Positions 8,901 to 18,163 of a stretch of 64,000 nucleotides of DNA are shown here, in pieces (position 1 is the stretch's first letter; each line of letters begins with the position of its first letter). Under the pieces are notes generated by a model. That model had not been told where the DNA came from. It did not search any database and was given only the letters and a program-made list of their open reading frames with translations. Location: the NCBI GenBank assembly GCA_017443515.1, contig JAFRXM010000024.1:12031-76030 (forward strand), read 5' to 3'. A program made the position numbers and the translations under genes. The DNA comes from Bacillota bacterium. GTDB taxonomy: Bacteria > Bacillota > Clostridia > Peptostreptococcales > Anaerovoracaceae.

Positions 8901-9937
8901 TCTATTACGATCTTGTCTTCGCCGTTGATTATGCTGCCGATGATGTAGGCGTCTTCGCCGTTTTTATGGAGCACTTCGAGGGCTTTCTCAGCATCAGCTT
9001 TTGCCACGACAACGCTCATGCCAACGCCCATGTTGTAGGTGTTGAACATGTCGCGCTCGGGGATGCTGCCACGCTCCTGCAGCAGGCTGAAGATGGCCGG
9101 GATCTTTACGGAAGCCCTGTCCACTTTTGCGCACAGGCCATCGGGGATAGCCCTTGGGATGTTCTCGTAGAATCCGCCGCCCGTGATATGGCTGATGCCT
9201 TTTACGTCCGCGGCTTCAAGAAGAGCCAGGACCGGTTTTACATATATTCTGGTGGGAGTGAGAAGCGCTTCTCCTATGGTCTTTCCGCCGAGCTCTTCGG
9301 GCTTTGCGTCAAGATCTGCGGTCTCGATGTCGAACACCTTGCGGACCAGCGAATAACCGTTGGAGTGTATGCCGCTGGAAGGAAGCGCTATGATAACGTC
9401 GCCCTCCTCCATGCGGGTGTTGTCCACCAGCTTTTTCTTATCGACTATGCCCACGGAAAAGCCCGCCAGGTCGTAATCGTCGGGACGCATGACGCCCGGG
9501 TGCTCTGCGGTCTCGCCGCCTATAAGAGCGCAGCCCGCCTGAACGCAGCCCTCGGCCACGCCTTTTACAAGTTCCGCTACCTTTTCAGGCTCGTTCTTTC
9601 CTATGGCTATGTAGTCCAGGAAGAATATGGGCTTTGCGCCGCAGCAGATGATATCGTTCACGCACATCGCTACGCAGTCTATGCCCACAGTATCGTGTTT
9701 ATCCAGGATCTGCGCTATGCGCTGCTTGGTGCCAACGCCGTCGGTGCCGGACACCAGTATGGGCTCTTCCATGCCCTTGATATCGGGGGCGAACAGGCCG
9801 CCGAAGCCTCCTATGCCGGAGACCACGCCGGGGATATTGGTGCGCTCCACGTAGGGCTTCATGAGTTTTACGCCCTTGTAGCCGGCTTCGATATCAACGC
9901 CGGCAGCCGCGTAAGATCCGGAATGTGATTTTTGCAT
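8897..9937 (-). CDS. purM: phosphoribosylformylglycinamidine cyclo-ligase
   Basis: 346 aa: [13 protein letters not shown]...GIGGFGGLF...[10 protein letters not shown]...[10 protein letters not shown]. Confidence 0.9.
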   Translation of the reverse strand: MQKSHSGSYAAAGVDIEAGYKGVKLMKPYVERTNIPGVVSGIGGFGGLFAPDIKGMEEPILVSGTDGVGTKQRIAQILDKHDTVGIDCVAMCVNDIICCGAKPIFFLDYIAIGKNEPEKVAELVKGVAEGCVQAGCALIGGETAEHPGVMRPDDYDLAGFSVGIVDKKKLVDNTRMEEGDVIIALPSSGIHSNGYSLVRKVFDIETADLDAKPEELGGKTIGEALLTPTRIYVKPVLALLEAADVKGISHITGGGFYENIPRAIPDGLCAKVDRASVKIPAIFSLLQERGSIPERDMFNTYNMGVGMSVVVAKADAEKALEVLHKNGEDAYIIGSIINGEDKIVIE

Positions 9938-9939
9938 CT

Positions 9940-11367
9940 CTACTCCTTTCCCGTCCAGCAGTAAGTGCAGACTTTTTCACGGTCCAGTCCTATGGCTTCC
10001 AGCAGCCCGTCGAGGCTCTGGTAGCCGAGAGAATCGAACCCCATCTTCTTGCATATCGCGGACAGCAGGCACTTGCCGCGCTCTGTGTTCGCGTCCGCAT
10101 ACTCTTCTATGTGCTTCTGTCCTTCGTCGCCTTCTATCTCCTGTATCATGCGCCTTGCCAGAAGATCCATGTCGGAGTTGCCGCGGCTGAAATTCAGATA
10201 CTTGCAGGAATACATTATCGGCGGGCAGGCGGAGCGCATGTGCACTTCTTTTGCTCCGGACTCGTAGAGGAACTCTACAGTTTCCCTCAGCTGGGTGCCG
10301 CGCACTATGGAGTCGTCCACGAACAGCAGCTTCTTGCCGCGTATGAGCCTGTCGACCGGCAGCTGCTTCATCTTGGCGACCATGTTCCTTACGGACTGGT
10401 CGTTTGGCATGAAGGATCTCGGCCAGGTAGGCGTGTACTTAACGAAAGGCCTTGCAAAGGTCTTGTGGCTGCGCGTGGAATAGCCTATAGCGTGAGGAAC
10501 GCCGGAATCCGGAACGCCCGCCACATAGTCAACGTCGGGAAGCGTTCCGCGGTCCATCTCGGCCTGAGCCATGCTCTCACCGTTGTGGTAGCGCATCAGC
10601 TCCACGTTAACGCCCTCGTAGTCGGAGTTCGGGTAGCCGTAGTAGCTCCACAGGAAGGCGCAGATCTTCATGTCCTTGCCGGGTGCCGCCAGAACTTCCT
10701 GAGTATCCGCGGTGAGCTTTACTATCTCGCCGGGCCCCAGCTCGCGGCTCTCGTGGTAGCCGAGCTTTTCGTAGGCGAAGGACTCAAAAGATACGCACTG
10801 CGCGTCGTCGCTTCTTCCGATGTGCACCGGGGTGCGCCCCAGCGCGTCGCGGGCTGCTATCAGTTCGCCCTTATCCGTCATGATTATGATGCTCATGGAG
10901 CCTTCGATGCAGGCCTGGGCGTGCTTTATACCGGATGCGAAATCGGGCTCGCGGTTTATGAGCGAGGCAACAAGCTCCGTGACATTTACTCTGCCGGAGC
11001 TCATTATGGTGAACTGGTTGTGATCCTCGGTGAAGATCTCCTTTATCAGCTCTTCGGCGTTGTTGATAACGCCTATCGTCATGATGGCGTAGACGCCGAG
11101 CTGGGATCTTACCAGTATGGGCTGCGGGTCGGAATCGCTGATGCAGCCGATTCCGCAGGTCCCGTGGAATTTATACAGATCGTTTTCGAATTTGGTCCTG
11201 AACGGGGTGTTCGAGATGTTGTGCAGCTCTCTGGAAAAACCTTTTTCGCGGTCCCAGAAAGTAAGGCCCGCGCTGTTGGTGCCCAGATGGCTGTGGTAAT
11301 CGGTCCCGAAGAACACGTCGAGGATCACGCTGCGGTCTTTTGAGACCGCGCCGAAGAAGCCGCCCAT
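9940..11367 (-). CDS. purF: amidophosphoribosyltransferase homolog without the N-terminal Cys nucleophile
   Basis: 475 aa. The PRTase part ([13 protein letters not shown]) and its pur-operon position support PurF. The N-terminus is MGGFFGAV rather than (M)CG[IV]. The start is fixed by a TAATG overlap with the purC stop. Confidence 0.75.
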   Translation of the reverse strand: MGGFFGAVSKDRSVILDVFFGTDYHSHLGTNSAGLTFWDREKGFSRELHNISNTPFRTKFENDLYKFHGTCGIGCISDSDPQPILVRSQLGVYAIMTIGVINNAEELIKEIFTEDHNQFTIMSSGRVNVTELVASLINREPDFASGIKHAQACIEGSMSIIIMTDKGELIAARDALGRTPVHIGRSDDAQCVSFESFAYEKLGYHESRELGPGEIVKLTADTQEVLAAPGKDMKICAFLWSYYGYPNSDYEGVNVELMRYHNGESMAQAEMDRGTLPDVDYVAGVPDSGVPHAIGYSTRSHKTFARPFVKYTPTWPRSFMPNDQSVRNMVAKMKQLPVDRLIRGKKLLFVDDSIVRGTQLRETVEFLYESGAKEVHMRSACPPIMYSCKYLNFSRGNSDMDLLARRMIQEIEGDEGQKHIEEYADANTERGKCLLSAICKKMGFDSLGYQSLDGLLEAIGLDREKVCTYCWTGKE

Positions 11368-12053
11368 TACGCGAAGAAGAGCTTGGAGAGAGTCATCGGG
11401 TCGATATACTCGCCGTTCTTGTAGACGCGCATATTTCCAGAGGCGATCTCGTCGATCAGCATTACTTCGCCGTCAGCGTCGTAGCCGTACTCGAACTTGA
11501 TGTCGTAGAGCACCATGCCGCGCTTTTCCATCTCGTCAGCGACGATCTTTGTGATCTTCTGGGTCATTTCCTTGATGTCGTCGTACTGCTTCGGGGTCAT
11601 GATGCCGAGGATCTCGAGGCAGTCCTTTGTTACGAGGGGATCGCCCTTCTCGTCGTTTTTAAAGGTCATCTCAACGTATGCGGGGAGGTCCTGGCCAAGC
11701 TCGCAGTATTCGCCGTAGCGGCGGAAGAAGCTGCCTACTGCCTTGTGACGGCAGATGACTTCAAGACCGTGTCCGAACACCTTTGCAGGAAGAACTTCCA
11801 TGGTGGTGTCTTCGAAGTTAGCCTTTACGAAATGAGTCCTGATGCCTGCCTCGTTAATGATCTTGAAGAAGTAGTCAGTCATGCGGAGGTTGACGTCGCC
11901 GACGCCTTCGATGGTGAGGCCTACGGTGTTCATGCCGGGGTCGAACACACCGTCTGCTCCGGTGCAGTCATCCTTGAACTTCAGAAGGTAGTGGCCGTTG
12001 GGCATTTCATAAACGTTCTTGGTCTTTCCTGTGTAAACGAGCTTGTTTTCCAT
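11367..12053 (-). CDS. purC: SAICAR synthase
   Basis: 228 aa: [12 protein letters not shown]...LKFKDDCTG...[11 protein letters not shown]...MLIDEI. Confidence 0.9.
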   Translation of the reverse strand: MENKLVYTGKTKNVYEMPNGHYLLKFKDDCTGADGVFDPGMNTVGLTIEGVGDVNLRMTDYFFKIINEAGIRTHFVKANFEDTTMEVLPAKVFGHGLEVICRHKAVGSFFRRYGEYCELGQDLPAYVEMTFKNDEKGDPLVTKDCLEILGIMTPKQYDDIKEMTQKITKIVADEMEKRGMVLYDIKFEYGYDADGEVMLIDEIASGNMRVYKNGEYIDPMTLSKLFFA

Positions 12054-12129
12054 TGTTTTTCTCCTTTATTGCGTTTGGCCTTTGGGGCCGTAAATTATTG
12101 ACTGTTTTGTGAGAGGACTGCGGGAAAGG

Positions 12130-12612
12130 CTACAGCTGAAGAGCCGCGTCTTTTCCGAGGACCTTTTCGGAGTCCGCCCTGCGCTTTGCGTCCAGCTTTT
12201 CGGCAAGCTCCGCGTCTTCTACGGCTATGATCTGAGCCGCAAGAAGCGCCGCGTTTCCGCCGCCGTCTATAGCGACTGTAGCTACGGGTATGCCTGTTGG
12301 CATCTGCACTGTCGCAAGAAGCGCGTCTATGCCTGCGAGAGCTCCGGACTTGCAGGGGATGCCTATGACAGGTATCGTGGTGTTTGCCGCGATAGCTCCG
12401 GCAAGGTGCGCTGCCATGCCCGCCATGGCTATGATGGCGCCGAAGCCGTTCTTTCTGGCATTGAGGGAAAAGTCCCTTGCCTCCACAGGCGTTCTGTGCG
12501 CCGAATAGACGTGCACTTCGTAGGGAACGCCGAGGCTTTTGAGCATATCTACAGCCTTCTGCGCTACGGGAAGATCGCTGTCGCTTCCCATTATTATTCC
12601 GACCTTTTTCAT
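12130..12612 (-). CDS. purE: 5-(carboxyamino)imidazole ribonucleotide mutase
   Basis: MKKVGIIMGSDSDLPV...AHRTP...AGMAAHLAG...IGIP. An AAGGAGG RBS precedes this ATG. Confidence 0.9.
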   Translation of the reverse strand: MKKVGIIMGSDSDLPVAQKAVDMLKSLGVPYEVHVYSAHRTPVEARDFSLNARKNGFGAIIAMAGMAAHLAGAIAANTTIPVIGIPCKSGALAGIDALLATVQMPTGIPVATVAIDGGGNAALLAAQIIAVEDAELAEKLDAKRRADSEKVLGKDAALQL

Positions 12613-12642
12613 AGGGGATCCTCCTTGTTTTTCTGACACTTT

Positions 12643-12671
12643 ATTATACTGCAACAGCTGTGTTATTCCAA
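12643..12671 (-). promoter_or_regulatory. candidate pur operon promoter
   Basis: On the minus strand: TTGGAA (12671-12666), a 17-nt spacer, then TATAAT (12648-12643), about 30 nt before the purE RBS. Confidence 0.45.
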
Positions 12672-12674
12672 AGG

Positions 12675-12740
12675 ATCGTTCGTCAAAATCGGACCGTTTT
12701 AAGGGCCTTATCGTTTAATGTTCTTGTTGTATCGAACGAT
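12675..12740. promoter_or_regulatory. inverted CGAAC-core repeat upstream of the pur promoter (PurBox-like)
   Basis: ATCGTTCG (12675-12682) and CGAACGAT (12733-12740) form 8-bp inverted arms. Each carries the CGAAC core of PurR PurBoxes. They lie directly upstream of the -35. Confidence 0.3.
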
Positions 12741-12780
12741 TTTTTTAATATTCGCTGAAAACATTCAATCGATTCCACCC

Positions 12781-12811
12781 CAAAACAAAAGGCCGCCGAT
12801 GTCTTGCGGCA
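12781..12811 (-). terminator. probable intrinsic terminator after the AIM24-family gene
   Basis: On the minus strand, a GCCGC...GCGGC stem is followed by CCTTTTGTTTTG. Confidence 0.4.
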
Positions 12812-12835
12812 CCAGCGGTATTTGTTATGATCTTA

Positions 12836-13513
12836 TCAGTTTGAAGAAGGTATTGAAGCCGCTATGGCGTTGACCAGATTCGTGAACGAAATTGTCTGGA
12901 GGACCACCTTGCCCGGCCCTGTGATAACGGTGTTGAACAGGCCTTCGCCGCCGAACAGTATGTTCTTGGCGCCCTTTACCGCAACAACGTCCATGCTGCA
13001 GGTACCGTCCATTGCGGCAAGCGTACCGGTGTCGACCACGAGCTGCTCGCCTTCACCGAGCTCATACGTAACGGCGGAACCATCCACCTCTATGAACACC
13101 TTGCCCTGTCCGGTGACCTTCTGCATTATGAAACCTTCGCCGCCGAAGAATCCGACCATGCCTTTCTTCTGAAGATACGTGGAAAGCTGCACTCCGCTCT
13201 CGGAAGCAAGGAACGCCCTCTTCTGAAGCACTATGGGCTGCTCCGGCGTGACATCCAGAGCTATTATCTGGCCGGGAAAGCTTGGCGCGAAAGCTATCAT
13301 GCCCTCTCCTTTGGCTGTATAGATGTTCTGGAAGATCCTCTCGCCCGAGAACATGCGGCCAAGAGCCTTACCGAGGCTTCCGCCTCCGTCGGTACGCATA
13401 TCCATGTTGGGGCTCATCCACGCCATGCCGCCGCCCTGGGTGATCATGGACTCTCCGTCCTCAAGATGGCAGATGACTACAGGCGCGTTTTCTCCGGTGA
13501 TCTCGTATCTCAT
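12836..13513 (-). CDS. AIM24/TIGR00266-family protein
   Basis: MRYEITGENAPVVICHLEDGESMITQGGGMAWMSPNMDM...GEGFIMQKVTGQGKVFI. This is my recognition of the DUF124/AIM24 pattern. Confidence 0.6.
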   Translation of the reverse strand: MRYEITGENAPVVICHLEDGESMITQGGGMAWMSPNMDMRTDGGGSLGKALGRMFSGERIFQNIYTAKGEGMIAFAPSFPGQIIALDVTPEQPIVLQKRAFLASESGVQLSTYLQKKGMVGFFGGEGFIMQKVTGQGKVFIEVDGSAVTYELGEGEQLVVDTGTLAAMDGTCSMDVVAVKGAKNILFGGEGLFNTVITGPGKVVLQTISFTNLVNAIAASIPSSN

Positions 13514-13700
13514 TTTATTCTCCTTTATGAATGTCTGATGCATGCGGCACCCTGCCGCGTATTTACCGTAGAAATAATTTTAACACAAATCCGGCGTGTG
13601 ATAAATACGGTTTGGACGCAAAATAAAAATACACAGAAAAGCATCTGCGTATTTTCATAGCAGTTCCTCAGGGGACAGGACCAGGAGATCCCTGTCTTGC

Positions 13701-13973
13701 TTACTCCTTAAGAGCGGCGAGTCTTTTGGCAAGTTCGTTCTGCATCTCGATAGCATCACAGATGCCTTTGTACATGATCTTGCCTGCTTCGGTCGGGACT
13801 ATGCCGCGTTTTCCACGGGTGAAGAACACGGTATCGAATTCTTCCTCAAGATCGCTGAGCATCCTGGACACTACCGATCTTGAGACATACAGTTTTTCTG
13901 CGGCAGCAGCAATGTTTCCTGCCTCGTAGCAGTACTTGTAGTATAATCCTTGCTTTTCTGTCATGATGTCCAC
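13701..13973 (-). CDS. stand-alone LysR-type HTH domain protein (90 aa)
   Basis: Has a LysR N-terminal HTH (GNIAAAAEKLYVSRSVVSRMLSDLEEEF...FTRGKRGIVPTEAG). It stops where the effector domain would begin. Confidence 0.6.
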   Translation of the reverse strand: MDIMTEKQGLYYKYCYEAGNIAAAAEKLYVSRSVVSRMLSDLEEEFDTVFFTRGKRGIVPTEAGKIMYKGICDAIEMQNELAKRLAALKE

Positions 13974-14097
13974 CTCAGTTCATTTATATGCACATTATAC
14001 TTTGTCAGATAATAAATTAACAGTGAATTATTGTGCATCAACTGTACCTTTTTTGGTACGTTTTATAAAATATGCGCAGCTTTTTTGTGATATATAC

Positions 14098-14129
14098 CAC
14101 AAAAAAGCCCCAGCTTCTGAAGCCGGGAC
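14098..14129 (-). terminator. intrinsic terminator after nrdD
   Basis: On the minus strand, CCCGGCTTC-AGA-AGCTGGGG is followed by CTTTTTTGTGG. Confidence 0.6.
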
Positions 14130-14170
14130 TGTTTTTGCTGCTTTGTATCAGGGATCTCCTTCAGGGATCG

Positions 14171-17038
14171 TTATCTGTTGTTAAGGACGTATTCCTTGAT
14201 CTTGCTTACGCCTATGTACTTGCTGACGTTCTCGCCTTCGATGATGACGGCTGTGGGCGCCTGCATTATTCCGAAGCTTCTTGCCAGAGCGCGGTTCTCC
14301 TCTGCGAGGACGAGCTCGTACTCGGTGCCCTGCTGGGCCAGGAATTCCTTGATGATGGCGCAGTTGGGGCAGGTGCGCGTGGTGAAGAGCAGGAAACGCT
14401 TTGCAGGAACTTCTGCAACGGGTTCCTCGGCAACAGGTTCTTCTGCTACCGGCTCCTCGGTTACTGGCTCTTCTGCGAGCTCTTCCCTGGCTGCCTGAAG
14501 CTCTTCTTCTACAGCCTTGGCCTGATCCGCTTCTTCGTACTGCTTAGCCAGCGCTTCGGCGTCGACCTTCTCAAACCTGTGTGTTTGTGCGGGCACTTCC
14601 TGTACCGGCGCTTCTTCTGCGGGCTCTTCGTAAGCCTTAGCGAGCTCTTCAGTCTTAACTTCGTATGCCTTTGCGAGGTCCTCGGCGTTTGCGTAGATCT
14701 TCTCTACCGCCTTGGGAGTGGGTGTTGCTGCTACTGCTGCGACAGGAGCTTCTGCTTCCTGGACCGCTTCGTAAGCTTCCTCGACTGCCGCCGCAGCTGC
14801 TGCTACGATCTCGGGAGCAACTTTTGCCTCGAAGCTCGCCTTGGGGCCAAGAGCGCCGTCCGGCTCACAGATATTGATCTTTGCTGCCGGCGCTTCCGCC
14901 GCAGGAGCTTCTGCCTCGACCTTGGTGAGGGGCTCTTCTATGTGAAGGTTGCTGTGTCTTCTGAAGGAGGTGCCTATGTCGTAGGTCTTCCTCTGCTTGA
15001 ATTCCTGGGCTTTTCCGTCGTTCCAGTTCTGCACCGGGCGATAGTAGCCTGTGATGCGGCTGTAGATCTCGGTCTTCTCACCGCACTCCGGGCAGACGCC
15101 TACTTCGCCAGCGATATACCCGTGGTTCTTGCAGACGGAATACGTGGGCGATATGGTGTAATACGGCAGCCTGTAGTTTTCAGCTATGGTGCGCACCAGT
15201 GTGGCCGCGGCCTTCCAGTCGGGCAGTTTCTCACCCAGGAAGGCGTGGAATACGGTGCCGCTGGTGTAGAGGGTCTGCAGCTCGTCCTGAACGTCCAGAG
15301 CCGCGAAAACGTCCTCGGTGTAGCCTACCGGCAGGTGGCTGCTGTTGGTGTAGTACGGTGTGCCGCCGCAGTCCGCCGCGGTGATGATGTTGCCGAAGCG
15401 CTTCACATCGTGCTTTGCGAGGCGGAAAGCGGTAGATTCAGCCGGGGTAGCCTCCAGGTTGAACAGGTCGCCGTACTGCTCCTGATAGTCGGAGAGGCGC
15501 TCTCTCATGTGGTTGAGCACTTCGATGGCGAACTGCTGAGTCTCCTTGTGGGTCATGTCCTTCTTGAGCCACTTGGCGTTGAGGCCTACTTCGTTCATGC
15601 CGACGAGGCCTATGGTGGAGAAGTGGTTCGCGAAGGTGCCCAGGTACCTCTTGGTGTAGGGATAGAGGCCTTCCGCGAGCAGCTGGCTTATTACCCTGCG
15701 CTTGATGTCAAGAGATCTTGCTGCGATGTCCATCATGTGGTCCAGGCGCTTGTAGAACTCTGCCGGAGTTTCGGAGAGGTAAGCTATGCGCGGCATGTTG
15801 ATGGTGACAACGCCGATGGATCCGGTGGACTCGCCGCTTCCAAAGAAGCCGCCGCTCTTCTTTCTGAGCTCTCTGAGGTCCAGACGGAGCCTGCAGCACA
15901 TGGAACGCACGTCGGAGGGCTCCATGTCGGAGTTGATGTAGTTGGAGAAGTACGGAGTGCCGTACTTGGCGGTCATCTCGAAGAGAAGCTTGTTGTTCTC
16001 CGTCTCGGACCAGTCGAAGTCCTTGGTAATGGAGTAAGTGGGGATAGGATACTGGAAGCCGCGGCCGTTGCAGTCGCCCTCGATCATGAGCTCGATGAAG
16101 GCCTTGTTGACCATGTCCATTTCCTTCTTGCAGTCGCCGTAGGTGAAATCCATCTCCTTGCCGCCGACTATCGCCTTCTGATCCTTAAGATCGGCAGGAA
16201 CTGTCCAGTCCAGGGTTATATTGGTGAAGGGAGCCTGGGTGCCCCAGCGCGACGGAGTGTTGACGCCGTACACGAAGCTCTGGACGCACTGCTTGACTTC
16301 TTTATATGTTAAGTTGTCGGCCTTTACGAAGGGGGCCAGATATGTATCAAAGGAGCTGAAAGCCTGCGCGCCTGCCCACTCGTTCTGCATGATACCGAGG
16401 AAGTTCACCATCTGGTTGCAGAGGGTGGAAAGGTGGCTTGCCGGGGAAGAGCTGATCTTGCCGGGAACTCCGCCAAGGCCTTCCTGGATGAGCTGCCTGA
16501 GGCTCCAGCCTGCGCAGTAGCCTGTAAGCATGGAAAGGTCGTGGAGGTGGATGTCCGCATTCTTGTGAGCCCTGGCGATCTCGTCATCGTAGATCTCGGA
16601 GAGCCAGTAGTTGGCGGTGATGGCGCCGGAGTTGGAGAGGATGAGTCCGCCGACGGAGTAAGTTACGGTGGAGTTCTCCTTGACGCGCCAGTCGGACACC
16701 TTGAGGTAGCTGTCCACCAGGGACTTGTAGTCCAGAGTGGTGGTGTTGATGTTTCTCAGCTTTTCTCTCTGGCGCCTGTAGAGGATGTAGGCCTTGGCCA
16801 CGTCGTCGTAACCGGCCTTGATGAGCGTGGATTCCACGCAGTCCTGGATGTCCTCGACTGTGATGAGGTTGTCCTTGATCTTCGGCTCGAATTCCGAAGT
16901 TACTTTCAGCGCGAGGAGGTCTATCACCTGCGGGTGATACTGCTTCTCCTGCGCTTCGAACGCCATTTTAATAGCGTTTGAGATCTTTGTGAGATCGAAA
17001 TCTACGACCTTACCGTCTCTCTTCTGTACCTGATACAT
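14171..17038 (-). CDS. nrdD: anaerobic ribonucleoside-triphosphate reductase fused to a C-terminal glutaredoxin-like domain
   Basis: ATP-cone MYQVQKRDGKVVDFDLTKI. C-terminal Zn/glycyl-radical region CPECGEKTEIYSRITGYYRPV. Then a roughly 190-aa Ala/Glu/Pro linker (14402-14971) and a CxxC thioredoxin-fold domain (FTTRTCPNCAIIKEFL, 14174-14401). The AGGAG RBS supports the ATG at 17038. Confidence 0.9.
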   Translation of the reverse strand: MYQVQKRDGKVVDFDLTKISNAIKMAFEAQEKQYHPQVIDLLALKVTSEFEPKIKDNLITVEDIQDCVESTLIKAGYDDVAKAYILYRRQREKLRNINTTTLDYKSLVDSYLKVSDWRVKENSTVTYSVGGLILSNSGAITANYWLSEIYDDEIARAHKNADIHLHDLSMLTGYCAGWSLRQLIQEGLGGVPGKISSSPASHLSTLCNQMVNFLGIMQNEWAGAQAFSSFDTYLAPFVKADNLTYKEVKQCVQSFVYGVNTPSRWGTQAPFTNITLDWTVPADLKDQKAIVGGKEMDFTYGDCKKEMDMVNKAFIELMIEGDCNGRGFQYPIPTYSITKDFDWSETENNKLLFEMTAKYGTPYFSNYINSDMEPSDVRSMCCRLRLDLRELRKKSGGFFGSGESTGSIGVVTINMPRIAYLSETPAEFYKRLDHMMDIAARSLDIKRRVISQLLAEGLYPYTKRYLGTFANHFSTIGLVGMNEVGLNAKWLKKDMTHKETQQFAIEVLNHMRERLSDYQEQYGDLFNLEATPAESTAFRLAKHDVKRFGNIITAADCGGTPYYTNSSHLPVGYTEDVFAALDVQDELQTLYTSGTVFHAFLGEKLPDWKAAATLVRTIAENYRLPYYTISPTYSVCKNHGYIAGEVGVCPECGEKTEIYSRITGYYRPVQNWNDGKAQEFKQRKTYDIGTSFRRHSNLHIEEPLTKVEAEAPAAEAPAAKINICEPDGALGPKASFEAKVAPEIVAAAAAAVEEAYEAVQEAEAPVAAVAATPTPKAVEKIYANAEDLAKAYEVKTEELAKAYEEPAEEAPVQEVPAQTHRFEKVDAEALAKQYEEADQAKAVEEELQAAREELAEEPVTEEPVAEEPVAEEPVAEVPAKRFLLFTTRTCPNCAIIKEFLAQQGTEYELVLAEENRALARSFGIMQAPTAVIIEGENVSKYIGVSKIKEYVLNNR

Positions 17039-17104
17039 TGCTTTGCTCCTTATATGTAAAATTTTATGATTAGACATAAAAATAGACCAAAATCGGTTAT
17101 TTCT

Positions 17105-17133
17105 ATAATAAAATAATATCTTGTGCTTGTCAA
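17105..17133 (-). promoter_or_regulatory. nrdD promoter
   Basis: On the minus strand: TTGACA (17133-17128), a 17-nt spacer, then TATTAT (17110-17105). Confidence 0.5.
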
Positions 17134-17157
17134 TATAGAAAGCACAAGATATTGTGT
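17111..17157. promoter_or_regulatory. two NrdR boxes
   Basis: GCACAAGATATTGTGT (17142-17157) matches 14 of 16 positions of the acaCwAtATaTwGtgt consensus. AAATAATATCTTGTGC (17111-17126) matches 12 of 16. The centres are 31 bp apart, and the proximal box fills the promoter spacer. Confidence 0.6.
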
Positions 17158-17217
17158 ATATTTTTGCGACAGATTACTAGATATAGCAACTGAAAACTGT
17201 AACTAGAAGTCTTCGGA

Positions 17218-18159
17218 TCAGGCCAGGAAGCCCTCTACTATGGCAGCCTCGGCTTCTTCCTGGGTGAGCCCCAGGGTGCGCAGCTTCATGATCTGCTCGC
17301 CTGCGATCTTGCCTATGGCGGCCTCGTGGATAAGCTCCGCGTCGCCGCTGTTGGCGTAGAGCTCCGGAGTTGCGTCGACCTTGCCGTTGTCGGCTATTAT
17401 CGCGTCGCACTCGGAATGGCCGTGGCACTTGTTATTGCCTATGATAACGGACTGGTATGCCTGGTGCGAATTGCCCCTGGCCACGGAACGGCTCATCAGG
17501 TTGACGCCGGAGTCCTCGCCGTTGAGCTCCACGGAGAAGTGGGTCTCGGCAGTCTCCTCTTTGTCAGTAAGGAGCCTTTCCTTTATGACAAGCGTGGCGC
17601 GGGCCTTAAGCTCCGCCTTTGTGTTGCGCACTGACTTCGTGACGCCGCCGAGCTGGGAGGTATCCATCTCCAGGTAGGAATCCTCGTCCAGGAAGCATTC
17701 GGTGACCGGGTCTATGATCTTCTGGGTATCGTCCGAGCCGGTGCCGACGTGCTTTTCCTCGTAGAGCACGCGGCTGCCCTTCGCAAGAAGGAAGCGGTGT
17801 ATGCCGTTGTGGCGCGCCGGTTCCCCGGTCTCCGTGTGGATGCCGCAGCCAGCGACTATCACTACGTCCGCGCCTTCTCCGACGTGGAAATCGTTGTATA
17901 CGAGGTCGTCAAAACCCGGCGCAGTTACGCAGGCCGGGATGAAGACGGTCTCCCCTTTGGTGCCGGGGGCTATGAATATATCCAGGCCGGGATTGTCCGT
18001 CTTGCTTTCTATTTTTATGTTGTCCGAGGACTTTCTGCCCAGGCATCCGCCGTTGCTGCGGATGTTGAACGCTCCGGCGAACTTGCCCTCAAAATCCGCG
18101 ACCGTCTTAAGGAGCTCCGCGGTGTTCTTGTCTATGGTCTTTTCTGCTATGTCGCTCAT
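17218..18159 (-). CDS. SufB/SufD-family Fe-S assembly protein
   Basis: 313 aa and paired with a SufC-like ATPase. The C-terminal AAIGKIAGEQIMKLRTLGLTQEEAE is typical of SufBD proteins. Confidence 0.65.
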   Translation of the reverse strand: MSDIAEKTIDKNTAELLKTVADFEGKFAGAFNIRSNGGCLGRKSSDNIKIESKTDNPGLDIFIAPGTKGETVFIPACVTAPGFDDLVYNDFHVGEGADVVIVAGCGIHTETGEPARHNGIHRFLLAKGSRVLYEEKHVGTGSDDTQKIIDPVTECFLDEDSYLEMDTSQLGGVTKSVRNTKAELKARATLVIKERLLTDKEETAETHFSVELNGEDSGVNLMSRSVARGNSHQAYQSVIIGNNKCHGHSECDAIIADNGKVDATPELYANSGDAELIHEAAIGKIAGEQIMKLRTLGLTQEEAEAAIVEGFLA

Positions 18160-18163
18160 ATCC

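Noticed and set aside
12613-12835. A purine or ZTP riboswitch might be expected upstream of purE.
   Set aside because: The leader lacks the conserved purine-aptamer junctions (UAUAAU...GGAUAUGG...GUUUCUACC...CCGACUA). It also lacks the ZTP pseudoknot motifs. Only a promoter and CGAAC-type inverted repeats are visible.
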